64,000 nt of DNA from an uncultured delta proteobacterium (GTDB lineage: Bacteria > Desulfobacterota > Binatia > UBA9968): the NCBI GenBank assembly GCA_963745035.1, contig CAVUVW010000011.1, positions 263,224 to 327,223 on the forward strand, given 5' to 3'. Positions 10,829 through 22,767 of this stretch are shown piece by piece. The notes below the pieces were generated by a model, which was not told the DNA's origin, searched no databases, and worked only from the letters and a program-made list of their open reading frames with translations. Within the stretch, counting starts at the first letter, position 1; each line of letters opens with the position of its first letter. The position numbers and the translations under genes are program-made.

Positions 10829-11989
10829 ATGATATGCTTGCTCTTGGTGGCGCTCGGCCCGGCGGAGCTCTCCGCTCAGGATTTGCCGGTAGCTGAGCGC
10901 GCATCGACTCGCGACTTCGTTGAATACTGGTCAGCAGCTCGCCTTTTTATCGAGGGCGGCAATCCTTACTCGCCGGACGAACTGATTGTCTTGCAGCGGA
11001 CCGCCGGATGGGGTGGCGTTCAACCTCTGATCATGTGGAATCCGCCTTGGGCGCTGCCGCTTGTTCTACCCTTCGGCATCGCGGACTTCACCACCGGACA
11101 GATGTTCTGGCTTGTCCTGCACGTTTGGCTGATATTGATTTCGGCGCAAGTTCTCTGGCGCATCTATAACGACGCCGACTCGGCGTCAAGGTTCTCTTGG
11201 GTCCTGGCACTGACCTTTGTGCCCGTGGTCTTTGTTCTCGTTATCGGTCAAATCACGCCGCTAACGCTTGCCGGATTAGCACTGTTTCTGCATGGCGAGC
11301 GAAAACAAAAGTATTGGGCGTGGGGTGCTTCGTTGGTACTTCTTTCGATCAAGCCGCACGTTCTCTATTTATTTTGGATCGTTCTTCTGTTCTGGATTTT
11401 CGACAGGCGTCCGCGCCGGCTACTGTTCTCGGCGGCTTTGTTTGGTCTCGGGGCGCTCCTCCTGCCTCTTTTGTTCGATCCCGAAATTTATTCGAAATAT
11501 CTTGTGTTGTACGGCGCTCCTGGAATTGACAAGCCCATGGATTGGCCAGCGCCGACGCTGCGCAACGTCATTCGAATATTTTTCGGGACAGGGGAGACTT
11601 GGCTGCAGATCGCGCCGACGGTCATTGCCGCTGGATGGTCGATCTATCATTGGACGAAGCACAGACACCAGTGGCTCTGGCGTGAGCAGCTGCCGCTTCT
11701 TTGTGTGGTGTCCGTCAGTACCAGTATATTTGTTTGGACTTACGATCACGTCGTTTTTCTGCCGGCAATCATGCAGGCGGCGGCATGGATGAGCCGAAGC
11801 CCCGTAGTGTGGCATAGGTACCTGTCGGCGCGCGTCTATATGGCGATCAACGGCTGCCATTTTTTACTTAGGTTTTGGCTGTCGCAAGAACTCTGGTATT
11901 TTTGGTTGGCACCGGCGCTACTGATCAACTACTTGATCTTTTGCCGGGAGCGAAAAGGACTGCGCTCGAATGAGGCCGCGATGCCATGA
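10829..11989 (+). CDS. GT87/DUF2029-like membrane glycosyltransferase (GT-C)
   Basis: RDFVEYWSAARL..NPYS, WNPPW, GQIT, IKPH, WTYD motifs; polytopic. Confidence 0.75.
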   Translation: MICLLLVALGPAELSAQDLPVAERASTRDFVEYWSAARLFIEGGNPYSPDELIVLQRTAGWGGVQPLIMWNPPWALPLVLPFGIADFTTGQMFWLVLHVWLILISAQVLWRIYNDADSASRFSWVLALTFVPVVFVLVIGQITPLTLAGLALFLHGERKQKYWAWGASLVLLSIKPHVLYLFWIVLLFWIFDRRPRRLLFSAALFGLGALLLPLLFDPEIYSKYLVLYGAPGIDKPMDWPAPTLRNVIRIFFGTGETWLQIAPTVIAAGWSIYHWTKHRHQWLWREQLPLLCVVSVSTSIFVWTYDHVVFLPAIMQAAAWMSRSPVVWHRYLSARVYMAINGCHFLLRFWLSQELWYFWLAPALLINYLIFCRERKGLRSNEAAMP

Positions 11990-13255
11990 ATCTCTCCTTG
12001 GCTACTGCTGTTATGTCACGGTCCGAGATCTCTAACCATGACACATTGACAGTCTCGGCACCCTGCCGAAGGCGACTTCTAGGACCGGCACACTGTGCAT
12101 GGGTCGCCATTTCCCTAATCCTGGTGTTGTTGACCGGCGCTCGCTTGCTGTTGTCTCGGAGCCCGCTGCTTCCGGCGCATCAATGGACTTCATCGCGTAC
12201 TGGGCGGCGGGCGCGTTTGCTCCTTAATGAATGAGGAAAACCCCTATTTGCCAAACCATCTTCTTGAAGTACAGCAAAAAGCAGGCGTAGAAGCCGCGGA
12301 GCCGTTGGTTATGTGGAATCCCCCCTTGGGCCTTTGCGGTGCCCTTTGGTTTTTTCCCCTACTCGTTGAGCCAATTGCTATGGCTGGCCATCAGCATTGC
12401 CGCAGTGTTGTTTTCATCTAATACACTCTGGCGAATTTACAGCGGCTCCGACAAATATTCGCGCGCGCCCTGGCTTCTTGCGTTGACTTATTTCCCGACC
12501 ATCTTGGTTTTGTTGTTCGGCCAGATGTCTCCCGTGATTCTTCTAGGTTTAACGGCCTTTATCAGTCTCCCGCGACGACAGCAGCATTTTGCTGCGGGTG
12601 CGGTATTGGCGATCGTTGCCGTAAAACCGCACTTTATTTATCTGTTTTGGATCGTTCTCGTTCTGTGGATCTGGCACCAAGCACAGAGGCCGATCTTAAA
12701 TGGCGCTTTGTTGGCGGGATTGGTCGCTGCCGCGCTGCCGCTGTTTTTTGATCCCGCGGTCTACTCCCACTTTTTCGAGCTTATCGCACAGCGTCCATAC
12801 CTTTGCCGCTAGACTTGCCGGCGCCGACTTTGCGCAATACCGTAAAAATTTTCTTGTCGATCGATAGCTGGATGGTCGATTACCTATCGACCAGAATCGG
12901 TGTTGTTGGGCTTTAGTCTATCGGCATCGCCACAAGAACCACTGGAACTGGGAACAAGGGTTACCGCTCATTGTGCTCGTCTCATTTGTAACCGCGGCTC
13001 ATACGTGGACGTTCGATCAGGTGATCTTATTGCCGCCAATGCACCGCATGGATCCGGGAGCGCACGATGCCGTGGTATGGCACGGCAGCCGCTGTTACTT
13101 ATTGCGCTGCGGATTTCTCTTATTTGGCTCCGAAAGTTCAGGCAGTTAGCGATTTCTATTATTTTTGGTTGGCGCCAGCGCTGTTGATCGTCTACTTGAT
13201 GCTGAAACATGCCCACCTGGCGTCACCTGTTGCCGAGCGATCATCAGCGGCATGA
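11986..13255 (+). CDS. Second GT87/DUF2029-like glycosyltransferase, multiply frameshifted
   Basis: Fragments in successive frames: DFIAYWAA, ENPY, WNPP, GQMS, VKPH, PAPTLRN, WTFDQ, YYFWLAPALL; collinear with the upstream paralogue. Confidence 0.7.
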
Positions 13256-13482
13256 CGTCAACGACTGTCTTTAATTTACTGGACCGATGCGCCGATGGCG
13301 AAGAAGCCCGGCTTTATTTCGCGCCGCCGTTGTTCGAAATGCGGATACTCGCTCAACGTCGACGGCGCGCTTGCCCCAATTGCGGCAAGCCGATCGAATC
13401 ACCTGACAGCGACTTGCTTTCAAAGCCCCGTCATTTAGTAAGCCGTTGCAAGAGAAGCGAGCGAAGAACCGGTGAAGTTTAA
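13252..13482 (+). CDS. Small hypothetical protein with CPNCG motif
   Basis: ATGA overlap with the GT87 stop; 76 aa; single CxxC knuckle. Confidence 0.3.
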   Translation: MTSTTVFNLLDRCADGEEARLYFAPPLFEMRILAQRRRRACPNCGKPIESPDSDLLSKPRHLVSRCKRSERRTGEV

Positions 13483-13483
13483 C

Positions 13484-14828
13484 TCACGAAACTGATGCGG
13501 CCCGAAATTTCGACTGCCGGCGATAGACAAGCAGACCGACGGCAATGCCGGCAAGGCTTGCGTAGCGCGTCATCGCGCTCGAAAGCGCGATGCTGATGAG
13601 GCAAAGCACGACCGGCGGAGCGCTGAGCGCGACCAGGCCGGCAAGACCGAGCGGAATACGATACGGGCGAGGCATATCGGGCTCGCGCACGCGCAGCCGG
13701 ATCAGGGCGGCAAACTCAAGAATCAAGGCTGCCGCGTAAAGAAACATATCGAGCTCGATCAATTCCTGAAAAGAAAATGGAATCAGCAGCGCGACTCCGG
13801 CGCTGTTGATCAGAATCGACTTCCACGGCGTGCCGTGGCGGGCGTGTAATCCGTCGAGCCAGCGCGGCAACATGCAGCGCCGCGCCATCGCGTAGGGCAC
13901 CCGGGCGGAGGTGCACAAAAGCGCGTTGAGGAGGCCCGCCGCGCTCACCAACGCCGCCAAGGTAAGCCAGGTGCCCAACCACGGTCCGCCGATTTGCGCC
14001 GCGACGACGGGAAAATATCCTTCCTTCCAGCTCGCGAAACTCGGTGTCGACGCCAACCCCCACCGCCACCGGCAGCAAGTACACGACGGTGACGATCGCC
14101 ACGGTGATGAGCATGGCGCGGGGATAGGCTCGGCTCGGATCGGCGACTTCCGCGGCGCAGCAGCCGGCATTGTCCCAACCCGAAGTATTCCACAACAAGA
14201 TGCCGAGCAGCAGGGTCCAGTCGACCGAGTCGTTTTGCAGGAACCAATTGGCGGCGTGAACCTGGGGAAGCCCCAGCGCCACCAGTGCGGCGAACGGCGC
14301 CAGAACGATCAACAGGAAAATCATCAAGCTGATTCCGACCAGGCGGATGCCGCGTATGTTGAGCCAAGTGATGACGCCGATCAGCGACGCGCCGATCAAC
14401 CAGCGCTCGGCCGGCGCCATGTCGCCGCGGAGATAGGCGAGATAGTCGACGAACATCACCGGATAGAGCGCGTTGTCGGCGAAGCTGCAGAGCCAGCTCA
14501 GCCAGCCTTCCTGAAAGCCCCAAAATCTGCCGAAAGCGCGCTCGACCCACGCGACGTAACCGCCTTCCTCCGGCATGGCGGTCGACAGCTCCGCGGTCAT
14601 GAGCGCGGTGGGCAAGCTCCAGATCCACGGCAACACGATCAGGCCCAACAACACGATTGCAGGTCCGGCGGCGCCGACCGCGTCTTCCAAGCCATAGGCG
14701 CCGCCGGCGACGCAGAAAAAACTCAGCGCAACGAGCGCCGGAAGGTTGAGATCGCGGCGCAGCCGCGGCGGCGCTGCATTGGACGCAGTGAGAGCGCCGC
14801 CGAGGAGTTCCATTCGAGAGTCGGTCAT
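13484..14828 (-). CDS. APC family amino acid/polyamine permease (one frameshift near 14050)
   Basis: GGAYGLED, AELSTAMPEEGG, WNTSGWDN, C-terminal RPYRIPLG. Confidence 0.85.
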
Positions 14829-15035
14829 TTCTTCGCGGCGAGAATAGCGACGGGCGCGCGGCGTTGTCAATCTGACGCCGTGTCGGGTAGGAAATCCCTT
14901 AGTCATTGCCCGCATCGGTTCTCCGGACCGCGACTTTGTCGTCGCCGTCAAAGCTGTTAAACTCGCCGCAAATACCATTGCCAACCAGCTATCATGGGTC
15001 CATCGATAAAAGAGCGCGGACGGTCGCTCGTGAAG

Positions 15036-16367
15036 ATGCGCGTGAAGAAGATGCGCGTGAAGTTGTTCGATCAGCTCCTCGACGCGGAGTTGTCCGAGCT
15101 TACGCGCTTCAAACGGCTGCTCCAATCGTCGCTAAAAATCGTTGTCTGGGTGGCGCGCGATTTCATTCATAATCTGGTGAAGCTCCAGGCGATGGCGTTG
15201 GCGTTCAAGACATTACTTTCGCTCGCGCCGCTGCTGGCGGTGGTTTTCTCGCTGCTCAAAGCGTTCGGGGTGCACAACCGCATGGAGCCGGCGCTGGTCG
15301 AGGCGCTCGCGCCGCTCGGCGAAAGAGGCCAGGAGATCACGGCGCACCTGATCGGCTTCGTCAATAAAATGAGCGCCGGGGCGCTCGGCAGCGTAGGCTT
15401 GGTAACGTTGTTCATTACCGTTTTGTCCTTGATGGGCACCATCGAGGAGGCGTTCAATCACATCTGGCGGGTAAAAGCGCCGCGGAAACTCGCGCGCCGC
15501 TTCAGCGATTATCTGAGCGCCATCCTGGTGGGGCCGGTGCTGATCTTTGCCGCCGTGACGATCACGGCGACGCTTCAGAACAACGCCATCGTGCAGGCGC
15601 TCCTGTCGCTCCAGGCATTGGGAGTGATGATCCTCGCGTTGCTGCGCCTGGTGCCCTATCTGACTCTCTGGGGCGCGTTTACCTTTGTTTACATGTTCAT
15701 ACCGAACACCCGCGTGCGGCTGCGCTCGGCGCTCCTCGGCGGACTGGTTGCCGCGATTCTCTGGCAAACCGTCGGCTGGGGGTTCGCGGTCTTTGTTGCT
15801 TCCTCGACCCGCTACTACGTCGTTTATTCGAGCTTTGCGATTCTCCTGCTCTTTCTTCTGTGGCTTCACGTCGGCTGGGTAATCGTCTTGCTGGGCGCGC
15901 AGGTGACTTATGCGCACCAGCATATTCATTATTTTTTCGGCGACCGGGATGCATTGGCGCAGAGCGCCGCCGGCCGGGAGAAGCTCGCGTTGTTGATGAT
16001 GCTTCGGGTCGGGCAAAGTTTTCGCCATGGACAGCAGCCGCTCACCGTCGCCAATGTTGCCGCCGAGCTGCGTGTTCCCGCCGGAGTCGTTAAGGAGCTC
16101 CTGAGGCTGTTCACCGAACGGAAACTCCTTTTGCCTTTGGCCGACGATGATTCCTTCGTTCTCGGCCGTGATCCGGCGACCATCGGCATCAAGGAAATCA
16201 TCGATTGCGTGCGCGGCGCCGCGAACGGCAGAATCCAGGGCAAGCGCGACGACCAAGAAAAGCTGATCGACGAGATCCTGCTAGAAACCGAGCAAGCCGC
16301 GGCGCGCAGCCTGGAAGGGAAAAATCTGCAAGCGCTCGTCCAGGCGCTTGAGTTGCCGCGGCGCTAA
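15036..16367 (+). CDS. YihY/virulence factor BrkB family membrane protein with C-terminal wHTH
   Basis: LAFKTLLSLAPLL, TIEEAFNHIW, YMFIPNTRV, YSSFA; Rrf2-like C-terminus. Confidence 0.85.
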   Translation: MRVKKMRVKLFDQLLDAELSELTRFKRLLQSSLKIVVWVARDFIHNLVKLQAMALAFKTLLSLAPLLAVVFSLLKAFGVHNRMEPALVEALAPLGERGQEITAHLIGFVNKMSAGALGSVGLVTLFITVLSLMGTIEEAFNHIWRVKAPRKLARRFSDYLSAILVGPVLIFAAVTITATLQNNAIVQALLSLQALGVMILALLRLVPYLTLWGAFTFVYMFIPNTRVRLRSALLGGLVAAILWQTVGWGFAVFVASSTRYYVVYSSFAILLLFLLWLHVGWVIVLLGAQVTYAHQHIHYFFGDRDALAQSAAGREKLALLMMLRVGQSFRHGQQPLTVANVAAELRVPAGVVKELLRLFTERKLLLPLADDDSFVLGRDPATIGIKEIIDCVRGAANGRIQGKRDDQEKLIDEILLETEQAAARSLEGKNLQALVQALELPRR

Positions 16368-16535
16368 CAGGCTGCTGAAAAAGACCCATACGCCGATTGC
16401 CCTGAGCAGCATCGAAGGGTGCGCTCAATCGCCTCGCGTCAACGTACTGCCGATGTACGCCTCCAGCATGTCCTGAGCGGAGTCGAAAGATCGTTTGATC
16501 GTGCGCCTCGCCTCGGAATCTTTTTGAGCAGCCTG
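16368..16535. mobile_element. MITE-like element with 17-bp terminal inverted repeats
   Basis: caggctgctgaaaaaga ... tctttttgagcagcctg (16/17 complementary), no ORF, between convergent genes. Confidence 0.7.
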
Positions 16536-16570
16536 CGAGGTTTTTTCGCAATCCGCCGAAACTACAGCGC

Positions 16571-18145
16571 TTAGCGACTGCGAAACAGCTGCCGGAAAAA
16601 CGAGCCGACGCCTTTTTCGACATTTTGCGGCAAGCCGGTTTCGGCGAGCTTGCCGGCGTTCAGATCCACCGATGGATTCTCCACCGGCCCGACAACTTTC
16701 AGCGGCACCACCATTCGGCCCTGCCTGTCTTTGAAAAAAGCCGTAACCCTCCCGCCGCCGGCGCGGCTCGAAGCGCGCTGTGAAAGGGCGGCGCTGATCG
16801 CCAAGTTCAGCGCCGGCCGCTCGATCGTCAGCGTGCCGTTGCCGGTGACTTCCATCTGCGAGTTCACGAGATAGAGGCGGGTAAACTCCGCGTAGCCGCC
16901 GCCGATGATGAAGTCCGCTTCCATGGTCTGAAACGTCGTCGCCTGGCGCTGTTCGTCCTTGGACAGGCCGATCATGCCCGTGGCGCGCTCGATCTTTCGT
17001 ATCAAGTCGACGTTGGTGAGCTCGCCGTCGCGTGCGGCGAGCCTGCCGTTCCCCTGCATCCGATTGCCGGCGGCGCCGCCGCCCATCGGCAGGCGCAGCG
17101 AAATTTCGCCCCTCAGAGTGCCGCGGAAGGCGCGCTTGCCGCGCACTTTTATATCCTTGAAAAGACCGCGAACGTGGCTCACCAACTGAGTCGACGGCCC
17201 GGTGACGCTCATCTGCAGATTCATCGGGCCGGACACTTCGGTGTCTCTCGGCGCGAGCCCGAATACCGAAAGGATTTGAAATACCGGTTGGGCATCGACA
17301 TCCTCGCTTCGCAGGTCGAGATTGAGCCGCGGCGCCGTGGACAGGTTGCTCACGCTGCCCGCAAGCGGCAAGGTCAAGTCATGGACTTTGAGTTGATTGT
17401 TTTTTAGCTGGAGGAGCGCCTTTTCCTCTTGATAAAGAATCTCGCCGGCGAGCGCGACGGTTTTCAAGCCGGGATAACTAAACGATGCGCGAAACGGAAA
17501 CGGAGCGCCGCTCGAAGCGTCGCGGAGCGAAAGCTCGATGTTTTTGAAGGTGACGGCGGACCGATCCTTGCCGATCAGATTGAGTTGGCCGTCGCGGATG
17601 CTCAGGTTGCCGGGAATGATGAACGGTACAGGCGCGCCGTCCGCCGGCCGCGGCGCTTCGGCGGGCTTTCTGGCCTCGCGGCGCTGGCCCGCCACAGTTT
17701 TTTTGCCGGCGATATCGGCATAATTGAACGTGCCGTCTGCTTGCTTGACCAGGTTGAAGCTGGGCTTGTCGAGCACCAATTCGGAAACTTCGAAGCGGCC
17801 CTTCAAGAGCGGCCAAAAACCCAGCCGCAGCCGCATCTGCGGCGCGAAGAAAAAGATATTGCCCGGCGCCGCCGACGGACTGTCGAAAACCTTGAAGTTG
17901 GATAAACGGATCGACGGCGTCGGGAAGAGGCTCAGCCGGACCTCGCCGACGTCGACGCGGCGTTGGAGCGTCTCTTCGATGCGCGGCAGATAGGTGCGCT
18001 TGAAGAGTCCGAGATCGACGAAATGGGGCACGACGACGAGCGCGGCGAGTGGGACGCCGACGAGCGCAAGGGCGATCCACGCGGCTTTCTTGATTTTGTG
18101 CGAAGACGGCAAGGCCACGCTCGGCGATGTCACTGCGCCAGACAT
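16571..18145 (-). CDS. AsmA family protein
   Basis: N-terminal TM anchor, 'LSLFPTPSIRL', 'LVKQADGTFN', C-terminal 'VPLKVVGPVENP'. Confidence 0.8.
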   Translation of the reverse strand: MSGAVTSPSVALPSSHKIKKAAWIALALVGVPLAALVVVPHFVDLGLFKRTYLPRIEETLQRRVDVGEVRLSLFPTPSIRLSNFKVFDSPSAAPGNIFFFAPQMRLRLGFWPLLKGRFEVSELVLDKPSFNLVKQADGTFNYADIAGKKTVAGQRREARKPAEAPRPADGAPVPFIIPGNLSIRDGQLNLIGKDRSAVTFKNIELSLRDASSGAPFPFRASFSYPGLKTVALAGEILYQEEKALLQLKNNQLKVHDLTLPLAGSVSNLSTAPRLNLDLRSEDVDAQPVFQILSVFGLAPRDTEVSGPMNLQMSVTGPSTQLVSHVRGLFKDIKVRGKRAFRGTLRGEISLRLPMGGGAAGNRMQGNGRLAARDGELTNVDLIRKIERATGMIGLSKDEQRQATTFQTMEADFIIGGGYAEFTRLYLVNSQMEVTGNGTLTIERPALNLAISAALSQRASSRAGGGRVTAFFKDRQGRMVVPLKVVGPVENPSVDLNAGKLAETGLPQNVEKGVGSFFRQLFRSR

Positions 18146-18276
18146 TTTCGATTCCGTGGCCGGGAATTATACGCGATCCCTATGAGTTTCCCAATCATTC
18201 CTGCCACGTTCAAAAGCGCAACCTTCCCCGCGGAAACGAGCTCCAACTGTGGCGAGCGCGGCAACTATTTGTTAGC

Positions 18277-19275
18277 ATGGCGAACCTTGAAAGGTCCGCA
18301 GCGCTCTTGGAACTCGCACTGGAAATCCTCCCGCAAGTACTCTTGGACGGTCTCGTTCTGGGCTTCATGTACGCGTTGATCGCGCTCGGCTATACAATGG
18401 TGTACGGCGTCCTCGAGTTCATCAACTTCGCCCATAGCGAGATCTTTGTGCTAGGCGCGTTCGTCGGCGTCGAAGTGATGCTGCTGCTGCAAAGCGCGGG
18501 CTTTCTCGGCACGCTTCATCCGGCGGTGATCTTAACGCTGGTCATCGGCGCCGCCATGATCATCAGCGGATGCGCCGCGATGGCACTCGAGCGGGTGGCG
18601 TATCGGCCGCTGCTGGGCGGGCCCCGTTTGGTGGCGCTGATTTCCGCGATCGGCGCGTCGTTTTTTCTGCAGGACGCGCTGCGGCTCTTCGAAAGTCTGT
18701 GGCGCAATACGTTTTACTTGAATTACCCCAGTTTGGATTTTCTCGACCGCGCCGTGCCGCTCGGCGAAAATCTGGTCATTCCGGTCAAATCGCTGCTGGT
18801 GATCGCCACTGCGCTGGGCACCCTGTTTGCGCTCTATTTTTTCGTCAACCGCACCAAGCTCGGCATGGCCATTCGCGCCGTGGCGCAGGATCCGGATACG
18901 GCTTCGCTGATGGGTGTGCCGGTCAAACGCGTCATCGCGCTCACGTTTTTCGTCGGCGGCGCACTTGGCGGCCTAGCCGGCGTGCTGTTCGGCATTCACT
19001 ATAGCCTGGTCAATCCCTACAGCGGCTTTATTCCCGGCATGAAAGCGTTCACCGCCGCGGTGCTCGGCGGCATCGGCAATATTCCCGGCGCGATGGTGGG
19101 CGGCATGATGCTGGGTCTGCTGGAAGCGTTCGCGGCTTCGTATTTGTCTTTGATTACCGACGGCACCTTCGGGGCCGAGTACAAGGACGTCGTCGCCTTC
19201 CTGGTTTTGATTTTGATTCTGATCTTCCGGCCCAAGGGATTGCTCGGCGAGACGGTGCGGGAGAGCAAGGCGTGA
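18277..19275 (+). CDS. livH: Branched-chain amino acid ABC permease
   Basis: YALIALGYTMVYGVLEFINFAH, AAVLGGIGNIPGA. Confidence 0.9.
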   Translation: MANLERSAALLELALEILPQVLLDGLVLGFMYALIALGYTMVYGVLEFINFAHSEIFVLGAFVGVEVMLLLQSAGFLGTLHPAVILTLVIGAAMIISGCAAMALERVAYRPLLGGPRLVALISAIGASFFLQDALRLFESLWRNTFYLNYPSLDFLDRAVPLGENLVIPVKSLLVIATALGTLFALYFFVNRTKLGMAIRAVAQDPDTASLMGVPVKRVIALTFFVGGALGGLAGVLFGIHYSLVNPYSGFIPGMKAFTAAVLGGIGNIPGAMVGGMMLGLLEAFAASYLSLITDGTFGAEYKDVVAFLVLILILIFRPKGLLGETVRESKA

Positions 19276-20519
19276 GCGGCGCTCCGGCAGCGGCGGCTCT
19301 GTGCGGCTACATCGCCGCCAGTTGCGCGCTTGTGTTTTTTTTCCCGCAGTCGGTCCTGGCCTTTCTCGCGTTCCAAGCTTCGCTGCTGCTGCTCTACTAC
19401 GTCGACGCGCCGCGCGCGGCAAAAGTCGTTCTCGGCGCGCTGTTGCTTTTCGTGCTCCTTCCGGTGTTGGGCGCTGTCAACGGCTACTATCTGGAGATCG
19501 CCATACAGATCGGCATCTTCGTCGCGCTGGCCCTGGGTCTCAACATCGTCGTCGGCTTCGTCGGCTTGCTCAATCTCGGATTCGTTGCCTTCTTCGCCAT
19601 CGGCGCCTACCTCTGGGCGATCTTCGGCTCACCCCAGGCCAACGCCTTTATTCCGGGCGGATGGTTTCCGCTGTCGCCCAACTGGTTTTTCGTTTTTCTC
19701 CTGCTGAGCGTCGTAGTCGGCGCGCTGACCGGCGCGTTGCTGGGCCTGCCGGTGCTGCGCCTGCGCGGCGATTATCTCGCCATCGTCACCCTTGGTTTTG
19801 CCGAAGTCGTGCGCGCGCTGGTAAACAACCTCGACAAACCGGTCAATTTGACCAACGGTCCCCGAGGCATCGCCCCGATCACCAAGCCGCCGCTGTTTTT
19901 CGAGCCGGCGCTCGAGCTCCTCGGCATCCAAGCGCCGCCGGCGACCCTTTACCCGCTTTATTTCTATTTTCTTATTCTCATCATCGTCGGCGTGATCATT
20001 CTGGTGACGCGCCGTCTGGAAAACTCGCGCGTGGGACGGGCGTGGAAAGCGATTCGCGAGGACGAAATCGCCGCGGCGGCGATGGGCGTGCCGGTGGTGC
20101 GCATGAAGTTGCTCGGTTTTGCGGTCGGCGCCTCGTTCGCTTCGGCCGTCGGCGTGCTGTTTGCCGCCAAGCAGGTCTTCATCAACCCGGAAAGTTTTAC
20201 CTTCATGGAATCGATCGGCGTGCTTGCCATGGTGATCCTCGGCGGCATGGGCTCGATTCCGGGCGCGATCCTCGGCGCCGCCGGAGTGACGATCCTCAAC
20301 TTGCAGTTGCTCAAAGGTTTGTCGCTGTGGCTCAACGGGCTGCGCCAGTCGGGCGCCGAGCTCGTGATTCCTTGGCTCGGCAGCTACTCCTTGAGCCAAC
20401 TGCCGGCGCAGTTCGAGCCCGCCAAGTATGAGCGCATGGTGTTCGGTTTGATTCTGATTTTGATGATGATCTTCCGGCCCCAAGGCGTGCTGCCGCACGC
20501 GCGAAAGCGCAAAGATTGA
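19272..20519 (+). CDS. livM: Branched-chain amino acid ABC permease
   Basis: LRLRGDYLAIVTLGFAE, AIREDEIAA. Confidence 0.9.
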   Translation: MSGAPAAAALCGYIAASCALVFFFPQSVLAFLAFQASLLLLYYVDAPRAAKVVLGALLLFVLLPVLGAVNGYYLEIAIQIGIFVALALGLNIVVGFVGLLNLGFVAFFAIGAYLWAIFGSPQANAFIPGGWFPLSPNWFFVFLLLSVVVGALTGALLGLPVLRLRGDYLAIVTLGFAEVVRALVNNLDKPVNLTNGPRGIAPITKPPLFFEPALELLGIQAPPATLYPLYFYFLILIIVGVIILVTRRLENSRVGRAWKAIREDEIAAAAMGVPVVRMKLLGFAVGASFASAVGVLFAAKQVFINPESFTFMESIGVLAMVILGGMGSIPGAILGAAGVTILNLQLLKGLSLWLNGLRQSGAELVIPWLGSYSLSQLPAQFEPAKYERMVFGLILILMMIFRPQGVLPHARKRKD

Positions 20520-20520
20520 T

Positions 20521-21292
<772 letters not shown>

Positions 21293-21306
<14 letters not shown>

Positions 21307-21994
21307 CGGCATTCACGTGTACTACGGTGCCATTCACGCGGTGAAAGGTCTGTCGTTCCAAGTCGGGCGCGGCGAGCTCGTGACCTTGCTCGGCGCCAAC
21401 GGCGCGGGCAAAACCACGACGTTGAAGACGCTGTCCGGACTCTTGCGGCCGGCGCGCGGTTCTGTCGAGCTCGACGGCGCGGCGCTCGAAACGTTGGAGG
21501 CCCATGAAATCGTGCGCCGCGGCGTCGCGCACGTTCCCGAAGGGAGGAAAGTCTTCCCGCGTTTTACCGTGCTGGAGAATCTCAAGATCGGCGCGTACGC
21601 GCGCGGCCAGGGCGGCCTCCAGGCTGCCCTCGATCTGGTTTTTGAAAAGTTTCCGCGCTTGAAAGAGCGTCAGAAGCAATACGCCGGAACTCTCTCGGGC
21701 GGCGAGCAGCAGATGCTTGCCATCGGCCGCGCGCTTATGGCCGGGCCCAAACTGCTGCTGCTTGACGAACCGTCCATGGGTCTGGCGCCGCGGATCGTCG
21801 AGCAGATTCTGGAAAACATCCGGGCGATCAATGAAGCCGGCGTTACGGTGTTGCTGGTCGAGCAAAATGCCGCCATGGCGCTGGCGATCTCGCATCGGGG
21901 CTACGTGCTGGAGACCGGGGCGGTCATTCTCGAAGGCGCCGCAAGCGAGCTGGCCGGCAACGACTTGGTGCGCCAGGCGTATTTGGGGGGGTAG
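21293..21994 (+). CDS. livF: Branched-chain amino acid ABC ATPase
   Basis: GANGAGKTT, LSGGEQQMLA, LLDEPSMGLAP. Confidence 0.92.
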
Positions 21995-22047
21995 TTTTGT
22001 CCGCGCCGTCTTTAAACCGCGCTGGCGAACGGCTAGACTGAAACGCA

Positions 22048-22767
22048 ATGCAGTACCAGACGCGACAGATGACATTCGGTCCCGGCGCCATGACGCCCGC
22101 CGTCAAGTTTCTGCTGATCGCGAATACCGCCGTCTTCGTCCTGCAAACCCTGGTCAGCGCGGGGACCGACTACCGGCTCGAGCTTTACTTCGGCCTGGTT
22201 CCGCCGCTCGTGCTCGGGGAATTCTATCTCTGGCAACTCTTCACCTACCAGTTCCTGCACGGCGGGATTTTTCATATCCTGTTCAACATGCTCGCGGTCT
22301 GGATGTTCGGCTGCGATCTCGAGCGGCGCTGGGGCAGCGGCTTTTTTCTCCGCTACTATTTCATCTCCGTGATCGGCGGCGGCGTCTTGAACACGCTCTT
22401 CGTTCCCGGGCAAATGGGCCCCAGCATCGGCGCGTCGGCGGGAGTGTACGGCATTCTCCTCGCTTACGCCTTGATCTATCCCAATCGCATCATCTACTTC
22501 TATTTTCTGTTTCCGATCAAGATGAAGCACTTCGTCTGGATCATCGGCGCCATCGCGCTTTACTCTTCGATCACGGCGGGCCAAAGCGGCATCGCCCATC
22601 TGGCCCACCTCGGCGGCATGGTCTTCGGCTATCTCTACCTTCGCGGCGGCAATCCCTCGGATTGGCTCAAAGACTATCTCGACCGCCGCCGACTCGCCCG
22701 CCTGAAGCGCCGTTTTCATCTTCACCCAGGCGGCAAGGACGACGACCGCGGTCCGACTATGCACTAA
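22048..22767 (+). CDS. Rhomboid family intramembrane serine protease
   Basis: HILFNM, GASAG (catalytic Ser), AHLGG (catalytic His). Confidence 0.9.
   Translation: MQYQTRQMTFGPGAMTPAVKFLLIANTAVFVLQTLVSAGTDYRLELYFGLVPPLVLGEFYLWQLFTYQFLHGGIFHILFNMLAVWMFGCDLERRWGSGFFLRYYFISVIGGGVLNTLFVPGQMGPSIGASAGVYGILLAYALIYPNRIIYFYFLFPIKMKHFVWIIGAIALYSSITAGQSGIAHLAHLGGMVFGYLYLRGGNPSDWLKDYLDRRRLARLKRRFHLHPGGKDDDRGPTMH

Noticed and set aside
15033-15062. Perfect 15-bp tandem duplication aagatgcgcgtgaag at the yihY start
   Set aside because: An in-frame two-copy duplication with no evidence of function; may be slippage or an assembly artefact
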